Counted from the first letter of the stretch, positions 29,712-40,854 are shown. The stretch is DNA of 64,000 nucleotides from Polyangiaceae bacterium (GCA_035063585.1 JAPSGB010000024.1:13585-77584); one strand, 5' to 3'. Notes: generated from the sequence alone by a model not told the origin. Numbers and translations: made by a program.

Positions 29712-30883
29712 GCCCCCCAGCCGTCGCCCCGCTGAAGTCGCGCCTCTCGGCGGTCGCCGAGCAGCTCGACCGGCAGTTTCTCGGAAAGAGCGAGGTCATC
29801 CGGCTCCTGCTCATCGCGATCGTCGCCCGGGAGCACGCCGTGCTCATCGGCCCGCCGGGGACGGCCAAGAGCGCGCTCCTCCGCACGCTCGCCGAGCTCA
29901 TCGACGCGCGCTACTTCGAGTATCTGCTCACGCGCTTCACCGAGCCGAACGAGATCTTCGGCCCGGTCGACATCGCCGCCTTCCGAGACGGCACCTACCG
30001 ACGTCGCACCGCCGGTATGCTCCCGGAGGCCGAGGTGGTGTTCCTCGACGAGGTCTTCAAGAGCAACAGCGCGATCCTGAACGCGCTGCTCGGCCTGCTG
30101 AACGAGCGGCGGTACGCCTCGGGCGGGCAGGTGCTCGAGTGCCCGCTCATCAGCGCCTTCGGCGCTTCGAACGAGATCCCGACCGACGAGAACCTGTCGG
30201 CGCTGTTCGATCGCTTCCTCCTCAGGATCCGCTCGGACAACCTCGACGCTTACCACTTCGGCGAGCTCCTCTCGCTCGGCATCGACCACGAGGTGAAGAA
30301 GCTCCGCCGGATTCGCCCTAGCCCGCTCGTGAGCGCGCGGGAGCTCGACGCCATGACCGAGGAGCTCGCCCGACGGCTCGAGTTCACGAGTGACTTCCTC
30401 TCGGCTTATAAGGGCGTAATCTTTCAGATCCGCGCCGAGGGCGTGAGCGTGAGCGATCGACGGGTGGTGAAGATGCTGAAGCTCTTCGCGGCGAGCGCCT
30501 ATCTCGACGGCCGAACCCAGGCCGATCCGAGTGACCTTTTCGTCCTCAAGCACATCTGGAACAGCGAAGATCAGGCGCCGCTCCTCGAGGGGATCGTCGA
30601 GCCCATCCTCGAGGCGTTCCATCGCGACCACCCCGGGCGGCGGCGAGTGGGCGCGGTCGGGGTCGGGGTGCCGGCCCTGGCAGCCGAAATCGATCGGATC
30701 CGGCAGATCCTCACCGGCGCGGCGCCGCCGAGTGATCTGCAGCTCTTCAGCCAGCTAAAGGCGCTCGGGGAGCTCAAGACGGCGCTGGCGACGCTCGCCG
30801 ACCCGGAGGCCCGCACGCTCGAGCAGCGGGTGGCAGAGCTCCTCGATGCGGCCCTCAAGAGCGGCAGGTTCGCGCAGCCATGA
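29708..30883 (+). CDS. MoxR-family AAA+ ATPase, RavA-like
   Basis: IGPPGTAKS, FEYLLTRFTEPNEIFGP, FLDEVFKSNSAILNALL, ASNE, LFDRFLLR, VSDRR. GTGA overlap with the upstream stop. Confidence 0.9.
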   Translation: MSPPAVAPLKSRLSAVAEQLDRQFLGKSEVIRLLLIAIVAREHAVLIGPPGTAKSALLRTLAELIDARYFEYLLTRFTEPNEIFGPVDIAAFRDGTYRRRTAGMLPEAEVVFLDEVFKSNSAILNALLGLLNERRYASGGQVLECPLISAFGASNEIPTDENLSALFDRFLLRIRSDNLDAYHFGELLSLGIDHEVKKLRRIRPSPLVSARELDAMTEELARRLEFTSDFLSAYKGVIFQIRAEGVSVSDRRVVKMLKLFAASAYLDGRTQADPSDLFVLKHIWNSEDQAPLLEGIVEPILEAFHRDHPGRRRVGAVGVGVPALAAEIDRIRQILTGAAPPSDLQLFSQLKALGELKTALATLADPEARTLEQRVAELLDAALKSGRFAQP

Positions 30884-31317
30884 AGCTCCGGGTGAAGCGC
30901 GTCGGGCCGGTGGAGGTACCGCTGCCGGCTTACGCGAGCGAACTCGCGGCGGGGCTCGATCTCTCGGCGGCGCTCGAAGCGGCGGTGCTCATCGAGCCCG
31001 GCGCGCGGCGGCTCATCCCCACCGGCCTCATCCTCGAGCTCCCGCCCGGGTTCGAGGGACAGGTGCGCCCGCGCTCCGGGCTCGCGCTCCGCGCCGGCAT
31101 CACCGTCCTCAATTCGCCGGGGACCATCGACGCCGACTTCCGCGGCGAGGTCGCGGTCGTGCTCGTGAATCTGGGCGCCGAGCCATTCCGAGTGGAGCCC
31201 CTCGCGCGGATCGCGCAGCTCGTGGTGGCGCCGGTCCTGCGCGTCGAGGTCGAGGTCGCCGACACGCTCGGCGACACGAAGCGCGGGGCCGGGGGCTACG
31301 GCTCGACGGGCGCGTGA
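30880..31317 (+). CDS. dut: dUTP diphosphatase
   Basis: AGLDL, QVRPRSGLA, GTIDADFRGE, RIAQL, RGAGGYGSTG. Confidence 0.97.
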   Translation: MKLRVKRVGPVEVPLPAYASELAAGLDLSAALEAAVLIEPGARRLIPTGLILELPPGFEGQVRPRSGLALRAGITVLNSPGTIDADFRGEVAVVLVNLGAEPFRVEPLARIAQLVVAPVLRVEVEVADTLGDTKRGAGGYGSTGA

Positions 31318-32095
31318 GCGGCTCCCGTCAGCTCGCGGAGGAAGGTCACGAGCTCGCCGAGCACCGCGCCCTTGTCGTAGTCGCGGGTCACGATGTGCCG
31401 CGAGCGCGGCATGATGACGACGCGCCGGCGCGACGAGCCGAGCAGGGCCATGACCCGTCGAGCGTTACTCGCCGGGCACACCCGGTCCTTCGCGCCGTGG
31501 ATCACCAGCGCCGGGGCCCGAATGCGGCCGAGCTCTTCGCGCACGCGCTCGCCCGCGCGGAGGACCTCGAGGGCCGCGTGCAGCGGCTGCGCGTCGTAGG
31601 TGAGGTGGGTGGCGCTCGCCTCCGGATCGGCGAGATCGGCGCCCGCCTTGGGGATCCAGAAATCGGGCGCGTGGAGCGCGCGGAGCGCGCGGAGCGGCAG
31701 GCTCGGCCAGGGCCGCGCGAGCCAGACCGCGTTTGCGAGCATGACCAGGCCGCGGACGCGAGGGCCTTCGGTGGCCGCGAGGTGCGCCGCGAGGAGCGAG
31801 CCCATCGAGAGCCCGGCGACCACCACTGGCCCGCTCGCCGCGAGCTGCTCGAAGGCCGCCCGCGCCGCGGCGACCCAGTCCTCCCAGGTCGTGCGGGCGA
31901 GATCCCGGACGTGGGTCCCGTGGCCGGGCAAGAGCGGAGCCGCCGCGCGGAGCCCGAGCTCGCGCGCCGCCTCGATGACCAGCTCGACCTCGAGCGGGGT
32001 GCCGCCGAAGCCGTGGAGCGCAAGCACCGGGGGCGCGGCGCCGTCGAGCGCGAGCGCCCGGGCGGTCCCGGGGCCGACCAGCGAACCTCGCGCCA

Positions 32096-32096
<1 letters not shown>
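31296..32096 (-). CDS. Alpha/beta-hydrolase (carboxylesterase/monoacylglycerol lipase-like)
   Basis: LHGFGG, LPGHG, nucleophile GLSMG, HGAKDRV, SRH. Its 3' end overlaps dut by 22 bp. Confidence 0.9.
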
Positions 32097-33565
<1,469 letters not shown>

Positions 33566-33635
33566 GACCGGGAGCGTAGGATGCGCTCTCGGCGGAAGGA
33601 AGAGGCAGCCCGCGCTCCCGCGCCCGCTGGCCGCG

Positions 33636-34436
33636 TCAGTTCGACTGCTCGGCGCGGTCGAGCCGCCCGAGGAAGTTGCGCGCCGGCACCACGAAGGCGC
33701 TCTCCGGATAGCGAGCGATGACGGACTCGAGCACCGCGCGGGCATCCGCGGGCTGCTTCATCTTCAGGTACGTCTCGCCGAGCAGCACGAGCGCCTCCGG
33801 TTCGAGCCCCGAGTGCGCGTAGCTCCGGAGCGCGTACTGGCAGCGGGCGACCGCGGCCGGGAAGTTGTCCCGGCCCAGGTAGAACCGCGCGACGTAGAGC
33901 TCGTGTCTCGCGAGGACACCGGTCACGACCTCGAGCATGTAGCCGAGCTCTCGGGTCTTGTCGTACCCGGGGTAGTCGCCGAGGAACGCCTGGATGGTCG
34001 AGTAGGCCTCGTGCACGGTGGCGAGATCGCGCTCTTCGAGCGGGGGCAGGAGCAGGGACTCACCGCTCTGCTCGTACAGCGACTTCACCACGCGATAGCG
34101 CGCGTAGGGCACCTCGGCGTCGTTCGGGTAATCGTGGACGAAGCCCTTGTAGCCGGTGATGGCCTCGACGTATTTTTCCTGATGAAACGCGATGTCCGCC
34201 ACGCGCAGATCGGCGAGCCGCGCGTAGCGGCTGTAGCCATACTTCCGCTTGACGTCCTCGAAGAGCTGGGTGGCGGTCTCCCAGTCGTGGTCGTAGAACG
34301 CGTCGAGCGCCTCGTCGTAGGCCCGCTTGGCGTCCTCCGCGTACTCGAGCGGGTTCTGGGCGCGCGGCGGCGCGGCGCAGCCGATCACCGGCGCCGCGAA
34401 GGCGAGGCCCAGAGCGAGAACCAGGACCGAGCGCAT
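33636..34436 (-). CDS. bamD: Outer membrane protein assembly lipoprotein BamD
   Basis: Lipobox VIGC, TPRs, F..DYPN, RDLAT, LARHELYVARFY, YPES. Confidence 0.88.
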   Translation of the reverse strand: MRSVLVLALGLAFAAPVIGCAAPPRAQNPLEYAEDAKRAYDEALDAFYDHDWETATQLFEDVKRKYGYSRYARLADLRVADIAFHQEKYVEAITGYKGFVHDYPNDAEVPYARYRVVKSLYEQSGESLLLPPLEERDLATVHEAYSTIQAFLGDYPGYDKTRELGYMLEVVTGVLARHELYVARFYLGRDNFPAAVARCQYALRSYAHSGLEPEALVLLGETYLKMKQPADARAVLESVIARYPESAFVVPARNFLGRLDRAEQSN

Positions 34437-34517
34437 GACCGGGTGACGGGTTAGCCAAATTCTCAGAGCCGGGCAAGCGGAGCTTGATCGGCGGAAGGCC
34501 TGGGGTAAGAAGTGGCC

Positions 34518-34991
34518 ATGCCGGAACGGGTGCCGATGACCCCCCGCGGGGCGGAGAAGCTCAAGGAGGAGCTCGCGCGCCTCAAGGAGGAGCGCCCCAA
34601 GATCTCGCGGGAGATCGGGGTCGCCCGCGAGCACGGGGATCTCAGCGAGAACGCCGAGTACCACGCGGCCAAGGAGCGCCAGGGCATGGTCGAGGCTCGC
34701 ATCAAGGACCTCGAGGACAAGCTCAGCCGCTCCGAGGTCATCGATCCGCGCCGGCTCTCCGGCTCCCGAGTGAGGTTCGGCGCCACGGTCACGCTCCTCA
34801 ACCTCGACACCGACGAGGAGGCGACCTACCAGATCGTGGGCGCCGACGAGGCCGACATCGACAGCGGCAGCATCAGCGTCTCCGCCCCGCTCGCTCACGC
34901 GCTCATCGGGAAGGAAGCGGGCGACGAGATCAGCATCACGCTCCCCGCCGGGAAGCGCCGCTACGAGATCTCGGACGTCGTCTTCCGCTGA
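34518..34991 (+). CDS. greA: Transcription elongation factor GreA
   Basis: AREHGDLSENAEYHAAKE, YQIVG.DEAD, ISVSAPLA.ALIGK. Confidence 0.97.
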   Translation: MPERVPMTPRGAEKLKEELARLKEERPKISREIGVAREHGDLSENAEYHAAKERQGMVEARIKDLEDKLSRSEVIDPRRLSGSRVRFGATVTLLNLDTDEEATYQIVGADEADIDSGSISVSAPLAHALIGKEAGDEISITLPAGKRRYEISDVVFR

Positions 34992-35004
34992 GGGAGGAGG
35001 GAAG

Positions 35005-38000
35005 GTGGCGGGTCCGGCGCGATGCAGGGCGCGGGCCGCCGGCGCGCTCGCGAGCGGGATCCTCGCGGCCTGGGCCGTGGTCGCGGCGGAGCTCGCGGTG
35101 GTGGCGCTGCTCGAGCGTCGGCGCCTGGCGAGCGTGTGGGAGCTCCAGTACGGCGCGCTGTGGCTCGCCCCCGCGGCCTTGGTCGCGGCGGCTGGGCTCG
35201 GCGCGCTCGGCGCCGGGCTCGCCGGCCTCGCCGCGCGCGGCCGAGCGCGGCTCCCGCGCGCGGCGCTCGCGGGCCTCGTCGGGCTCGCGGGCGCGGTCGC
35301 CGCGTGGAGCGTGGGGGGAGGGCGGCACCTCGCGTCGTTCGCGGCGCGGGGCGGCTTCGCCCTCGGCGTCGCGCTCGGGAGCGGCGCGCTCGCCTGGTGG
35401 TCGGCGCCGCGGTTGGCGCGGGCCATCGCGGCGCGCCCGCTCGTGGTCGCGCTCGGCGCGGCCGCGCTCGTGGTCGCGCTCGAGCTCGTGAACCAGCTCA
35501 TCCTGGTGCGGCTCTACCCGGCGTTTCACCTCGCGCTCGCCGCCGCCGCGCTCGCGCTCGCGCCGCTCGGCGCGCGGGCGCTCACCGCTCGCGCGCGACC
35601 GACCGCTCGCGCGCCGCTCGCGCTCGCCGCGCTCGTCGCCCTGATCGCCGGGCTCGCGCTCGCCGCGCGCCCAGCCGCCGCGCGGCTCTCCTGGTTCGAC
35701 AACTTCCGCCTCCTGCTGCTCGAGCGCGCGCCGCTGCTCGCCCAGGCGGTGCGCCTGTCGGCGCTCCTCGCGCCACCGCCTCCGCTCGAGGAAGCGGCTT
35801 GCGCGAACGAGGCGTGCGGCGCCGAGCCCGCGGCGGCAAGTCACGCGCTCGATCTGCGCGGCCGCGATCTCCTGCTCGTCACCGTCGACGCGCTGCGCGC
35901 CGACCACGTGGGCGCGTACGGCTATGCGCGTCCGACCACACCGAACCTCGACGCGCTGGCGAAGCAGGGCGCACGCTTCGAGGCCGCGTACTGCCCGACG
36001 CCGCACACGTCGTACTCGCTCACCTCGCTCATGACCGGGAAGTACCTGCGCCCGCTCCTCCGGCAGGGCGCCGGGGAGGACTCGGACACCTGGGCGTCCT
36101 TGCTCCGCACCTACGGGTACCGCACGGCGGCGTTCTATCCACCGGCGGTGTTCTTCATCGATCCGGACCGCTTCACGCGCTTCGAGCAGGGCGGGCTCGG
36201 GTTCGAGTATCGCAAGGTCGAGTTCGCGGAGGGCGAGCGGCGGAGCGAGCAGCTTCGGCGCTACCTCGCCGGAGAGCCCGCGACCCAGCGCGTATTCGCC
36301 TGGGTGCACCTCTTCGCGCCCCACGAGCCGTACGAGGCTCACCCCAACCACCAGTTCGGCGATCGCGACGTCGATCGCTACGACTCCGAGATCGCCTTCG
36401 CCGACCAGACGCTCGGCGAGCTCGTCCGGACCTTCCGCGAGCAGCGCCCGGACGCGGTCGTCATCGTCACCGCGGACCACGGCGAGGAGTTCGGCGAGCA
36501 TGGCGGGCACTATCACGGCACCTCGGTCTACGAAGAGCAGGTGCGGGTCCCGCTCGTGATCTCGGCCCCCGGCGCCATCGCGCCGGGCCGGCACATCCCC
36601 GAGGTCGTGCAGACCATCGATCTGCTGCCGACCGTGCTCGGCGCGCTCGATATCCCACGGCCGCCGCGGATCCGCGGGCGGGATCTCGGCGACCTGCTCG
36701 CCGGTGAGCGAGCGCCCGGCGAGGGGCTCGCCTTCGCGGAGACCGACGAGCAGGAGCTCCTCGCCAAGGGGCGGCTTCGCCTGATTTGCCAGCGCCAGAT
36801 CGGCGCCTGCCAGCTCTTCGACCTCGCCGACGATCCGGCGGCGCAGCGGGACCGCTCGCGCGATGAGAGCGCGCGGTTCGACGAGCTGCGCCGCGGGCTC
36901 CGCGACCTCGCCGCGTCGCACGGTCGGTTCGAAGAGCGAGGCCTGCGCGCAGAGGGGAAGGGCTGGCCGCCGGCGCTCCTCCGGGGGCTCGCCGGCGATG
37001 GCGACGCCGCCGAGGAGCTCGCGCCGCTGCTCGACGACGCGGACGTGACCATCCGGCGGAAGGCGGCCGAAGTGCTCTTTCAGCTTCACCGCAAGGAGAC
37101 CGCGCCCGCGCTCCGCCTGGCGCTCGCGCGCGATGAGGACGATGAGGTCCGGCGCTGGGCCGCGCTCGCGCTCACGCGCCTCGGAGAGGGCGCGCCGCTC
37201 GTGTTCGAGCTCGTGCGGTCCGAGGAGCCGACCTGGCGCCGGCTCGCCGCGCTCGCGCTCGGCGAGGTGGGGGACGGGCGCGGGGAGGCGACGCTGGTCG
37301 CCTGGTGGAAGGACCGCCCGGCGCGGGACTACCAGCGCTCCCGCGAGCTGCTCGCCGCCTTCGCCGCCATCCGCGCGAAGGACGCGGTCTGGCCGCTCGT
37401 GGAGTCGCTCGACGACGTGCGGCTCCGCCCCTACATCGCGACCACGCTCGCGGCGATCGGCGAGGACGTGGCGCGAGCGCCGCTCGCCAAGGCCCTCGCG
37501 CGGGAGCGGTACCAGGGGGCGCGGGTGGTCCTCATGAACGCGCTGGTCGAGCTCGGCGCCGGCGCCGAGCTGGCTGCGCCCCTCGTGCGCTGGCTCGGCG
37601 TCCCGGATCCTCTGCCCGGTGCCCTGGGAGCCGCGCTCGAGGCCGGGATCCTCGAGCAGGTGGGTGGCCCGGACGCGCGGGATCTCGTGCGGCTCCGCAA
37701 GCACGCGGGCGAGGGGGTTGCGCTCGGCCTGTTCATCCCGCGCGGGGGTAACGGGCGAGGGATCCGCGCGATCCTTCGCGCCCGGGCGCCGCTCGGGCCC
37801 GGCCAAGTGCACGTCGGGCTGCCCGCGAATGGGGTCAGGTATGACTCGAAGGGTAATCCGATAAAGACTCGAAATTTACCGAGAATCGACCCTGACAAAT
37901 CACTCGATGTGAGCCTCCGGCAGTCGCCGGACCTGGTCGAGGTGACCGCGCTCGTCCCGCCCGCGCTCGGGCTCAGGGCAGGGCGCGCGGTGCGGCTCGT

Positions 38001-38139
38001 GGTGTACGCCGATCACGCGGTGGAGCTCGAGGCGCTCGCGCTCGTGCCGCTCGCCGACGAGCTCCCGCCACCGGCACCGAAGCCGTGGCGGCCGGCCGCG
38101 GCAGACGCCGGGGCGGACGCGAGCGACGAGGAACCGTGA
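35005..38139 (+). CDS. Membrane-anchored sulfatase-like (alkaline phosphatase superfamily) hydrolase/transferase with HEAT repeats
   Basis: About 6-7 N-terminal TMs, VTVDALRADH, TTPNLD, PHTSYSLTSLMTG, WVHLFAPH, TADHGE, VPL, then HEAT/PBS repeats (IRRKAA, VRRWAALAL). Confidence 0.85.
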   Translation: MAGPARCRARAAGALASGILAAWAVVAAELAVVALLERRRLASVWELQYGALWLAPAALVAAAGLGALGAGLAGLAARGRARLPRAALAGLVGLAGAVAAWSVGGGRHLASFAARGGFALGVALGSGALAWWSAPRLARAIAARPLVVALGAAALVVALELVNQLILVRLYPAFHLALAAAALALAPLGARALTARARPTARAPLALAALVALIAGLALAARPAAARLSWFDNFRLLLLERAPLLAQAVRLSALLAPPPPLEEAACANEACGAEPAAASHALDLRGRDLLLVTVDALRADHVGAYGYARPTTPNLDALAKQGARFEAAYCPTPHTSYSLTSLMTGKYLRPLLRQGAGEDSDTWASLLRTYGYRTAAFYPPAVFFIDPDRFTRFEQGGLGFEYRKVEFAEGERRSEQLRRYLAGEPATQRVFAWVHLFAPHEPYEAHPNHQFGDRDVDRYDSEIAFADQTLGELVRTFREQRPDAVVIVTADHGEEFGEHGGHYHGTSVYEEQVRVPLVISAPGAIAPGRHIPEVVQTIDLLPTVLGALDIPRPPRIRGRDLGDLLAGERAPGEGLAFAETDEQELLAKGRLRLICQRQIGACQLFDLADDPAAQRDRSRDESARFDELRRGLRDLAASHGRFEERGLRAEGKGWPPALLRGLAGDGDAAEELAPLLDDADVTIRRKAAEVLFQLHRKETAPALRLALARDEDDEVRRWAALALTRLGEGAPLVFELVRSEEPTWRRLAALALGEVGDGRGEATLVAWWKDRPARDYQRSRELLAAFAAIRAKDAVWPLVESLDDVRLRPYIATTLAAIGEDVARAPLAKALARERYQGARVVLMNALVELGAGAELAAPLVRWLGVPDPLPGALGAALEAGILEQVGGPDARDLVRLRKHAGEGVALGLFIPRGGNGRGIRAILRARAPLGPGQVHVGLPANGVRYDSKGNPIKTRNLPRIDPDKSLDVSLRQSPDLVEVTALVPPALGLRAGRAVRLVVYADHAVELEALALVPLADELPPPAPKPWRPAAADAGADASDEEP

Positions 38140-38191
38140 AACGCCCGGGAACCCGTCTCGAGATCTCGCGGACAGTGGTATAGAGGCGCCG

Positions 38192-39490
38192 GTGACAGCC
38201 GACGACGACGACCAGGGCACTCGCCGCTCACGCAGAGCGCGGCGGCGCGAGGAGCAGGCGAGCGAGAACGCCGAATCGGCGGCGACCGAGGCCGAAGAGC
38301 GCGACGGCGAGGCCGAAGAGCGCGGCGGCGAGGCCGAAGAGCGCGACGGCGAGGCCGAAGAGCGCGACGGCGAGGCCGAAGCGGCGGCAGAGCCTGCGCG
38401 CGCGGCGCCGGCGCCTGCTCGGAAGCCGCGGAAGCAGCCGCGGGGCGCGCGCGCTGACGAGGAGCTCGAGCCGTCGCGCATTCGCGATCGCAACCAGCGC
38501 GTTCGCGCTCGGGCGGCCGCGCGGCGCCGCGCCGCCGAAGACGCGCGGTCGGCGGGCGTCGCGGGCCCCGGCGGTATCATGGGGGACACCGGCCTCGCGC
38601 GCGGCGCGTCGACGGTGTCCGACTGGGCCAAGAAGCACTTCAACGTCATCCAGTGGGTGCTGGTCGCCGCGCTGGTCGGGCTGGTCGCCTGGCGGGTCAC
38701 CGCGTACCGCAACACGAAGCAGCTCGAGAAAGGGTCGGCCGAGCTCCTCGACGGCGTGATCGACGAGAACGGCCGGGTCGGCGCCGAGACGCTGCCGCCC
38801 GGCGAGGAGGAGTTCGACCCTCGCAAGGCGTTCGCGACCGACGCGGAGCGGCTGGCCGCGGCGGAGCAGTCTTATCGCGCCGCCGCCGCCGGGCGCTCCG
38901 GCGCGGGCACCACGATCCTCGCGCGGCTCGGGCTGGCCGGCGTCTTGTACGACCAGGGCAAGTACGAGGAGGCGCGGGCCGCGTACGAGGCGGTCAAGAA
39001 CAGTGCGCTCAGCCAGTACGACCAGGACGTGCGCGGTCGCTCCATCGAGGGGATCGGGATGAGCCTCGAGGCGAAGGGGCAGGTCGACGCGGCCGCCAAG
39101 ACCTATCACGAGCTCGAGAACTCGGATCTCCCGGCGTTTTCCGCGCTCGGGCTCTATCACCAGGCGCGCCTAGCGCTCGCCAAGGGCGACAAGGACCGCG
39201 CCAAGCAGCTGGTCGAGGGAGCGCAGAAGAAGCTCAAGGCCGGCCGCGACGCGGACCCGTCCTCGGGTTACCTGGTGCAGGCGACCACCGCGCTCCTCCG
39301 ACAGATCGATCCGAGCTCGGTGCCGCCGCCGGGCAACTACACGGAGGAGGATCTCAGCCAGCTCAAGGCTCAGCTCATGCAGGATCCGAGCAGGCTCCAA
39401 GACCTCCTGCGCCAGCTCGGCAAGGACGGCCCTGCCGGGGGCTTGCCCGCGCCGCCGCCGATGCCTGCGCCGGTGGGGTCCGCTCCGTGA
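38192..39490 (+). CDS. YfgM-like membrane-anchored TPR protein
   Basis: Acidic repetitive N-terminus, one TM (VIQWVLVAALVGLVAW), periplasmic TPRs, directly upstream of a BamB-like gene. Confidence 0.7.
   Translation: MTADDDDQGTRRSRRARRREEQASENAESAATEAEERDGEAEERGGEAEERDGEAEERDGEAEAAAEPARAAPAPARKPRKQPRGARADEELEPSRIRDRNQRVRARAAARRRAAEDARSAGVAGPGGIMGDTGLARGASTVSDWAKKHFNVIQWVLVAALVGLVAWRVTAYRNTKQLEKGSAELLDGVIDENGRVGAETLPPGEEEFDPRKAFATDAERLAAAEQSYRAAAAGRSGAGTTILARLGLAGVLYDQGKYEEARAAYEAVKNSALSQYDQDVRGRSIEGIGMSLEAKGQVDAAAKTYHELENSDLPAFSALGLYHQARLALAKGDKDRAKQLVEGAQKKLKAGRDADPSSGYLVQATTALLRQIDPSSVPPPGNYTEEDLSQLKAQLMQDPSRLQDLLRQLGKDGPAGGLPAPPPMPAPVGSAP
38287..38381 (+). repeat. 21-bp in-frame tandem repeat (~4.5 copies; EAEERDG)
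   Basis: CGAGGCCGAAGAGCGCGACGG repeated. Confidence 0.9.
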
Positions 39491-40734
39491 GTCGAGCCGC
39501 GCGCTCGCTCGGGTCCCTCGCAGCGCTGCTCGTCGCGGCGTCGGCGTGCGAGTCGATCCGCTCGGGAGCAAACCCCGAGCTGCCGACCTGGGCGCACCGC
39601 CCGAGCTGGGCGATGAGCCTCACGTTCTCGCGCCCACTGGTCGCCGACAGCCGCGTCGAAGGCGAGCCGTATCAGCGCGGCCAGCCGGAGATCGATCCGG
39701 TCGGGCACCGCGTCTTCGTCGGCTCGAGCGATCACGGGCTCTACGCGCTCAGCGCGGTCGACGGCGCGACGCTCTGGCGCTTCGAGACGCTCGGCTTCGT
39801 GCAGTGCGCGCCGCTCTACGACGAGCGCGAGGACGCGGTGTACTTCGGCAGCAACGACGGCGCGCTCTACAAGGTCCGCGCCCGGGACGGCGCGCTCGTC
39901 TGGCGCTTCATGAGCAACGCGGAGTTCTCCCGCCGCCCGGTGCTCTCCGGAGGCCGGCTCTACGCCGTGAACGCGAACGACACCCTGGTGGCGCTCGACC
40001 CCGCGACCGGAAAGCTCGTCTGGAGCCAGCACCGCACGCCGGCGATGGGGATGGAGATCGCCGGCTACGCGGGGCCGCTCGTGTGGCGCGGCCGCGTCTA
40101 CGCGGGCTTCAGCGACGGCACCGTCACCGCCTTCGACGCCCGCACCGGCGACGAGGTCTGGCAGCCCGTGGATCTCTCCGCCGAGGCCGAGCAGACGCTC
40201 GGCAACGTGCCGGACTACCTCGACTCCGACACCACGCCCGTGGCGGACACGCTCGAGCAGGGGCCGGCCGTGTTCGTGGGCAGCTACGCGGGCGGAGTGT
40301 TCGCGCTCGACGCCGACACCGGGACGCAACTCTGGTCGAACCCGGCCGTCGCTGGGGTCACCGAGCTGGTGCTCTGGCAGCAGCCGGCGCACGCGCCACG
40401 CGGCGGTGACGGCCCGGACTTGCCCGCGCGCAAGCTCCTGCTCGCGGCGAGCGGCACGACCGGCCTGTGGGCGCTCGAGCCCGAGACGGGCCGCGAAGCG
40501 TGGCGCAAGGAGCTGCCTTCGGGCGGCGTGTCCGCGCCGGTCGCCATCGCGGGCGCGCTCCTGGTCGCCAACTCGCGGCTCGGGCTCTTCCTGATGTCTC
40601 CGCTCGATGGGGGCCTCATCGACGGAGTGGACACCGGCGATGGCGTCTCGATGACGCCCGCGGTCCGCGGGAGGCGCGCGTTCGTGATGACCAACGGCGG
40701 GCGGCTCCTCGGGCTCGTCGTGAGCCCGCCATAG
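39487..40734 (+). CDS. PQQ-like beta-propeller lipoprotein (BamB-like)
   Basis: Lipobox ASAC, repeated LYAL..DG..W blades. GTGA overlap with the YfgM-like gene. Confidence 0.82.
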   Translation: MSRAARSLGSLAALLVAASACESIRSGANPELPTWAHRPSWAMSLTFSRPLVADSRVEGEPYQRGQPEIDPVGHRVFVGSSDHGLYALSAVDGATLWRFETLGFVQCAPLYDEREDAVYFGSNDGALYKVRARDGALVWRFMSNAEFSRRPVLSGGRLYAVNANDTLVALDPATGKLVWSQHRTPAMGMEIAGYAGPLVWRGRVYAGFSDGTVTAFDARTGDEVWQPVDLSAEAEQTLGNVPDYLDSDTTPVADTLEQGPAVFVGSYAGGVFALDADTGTQLWSNPAVAGVTELVLWQQPAHAPRGGDGPDLPARKLLLAASGTTGLWALEPETGREAWRKELPSGGVSAPVAIAGALLVANSRLGLFLMSPLDGGLIDGVDTGDGVSMTPAVRGRRAFVMTNGGRLLGLVVSPP

Positions 40735-40854
40735 CGCGGCGGCGCGCCGGGCCGGGCGCCACTCCGCGCGTCATCCGCGCCGGTCAGCCACTTCGTCGTC
40801 GCGCCCGAGGCGCGGTCGGACGTCCAGGAATTACGCCGGATCGCCCCAGCCATT

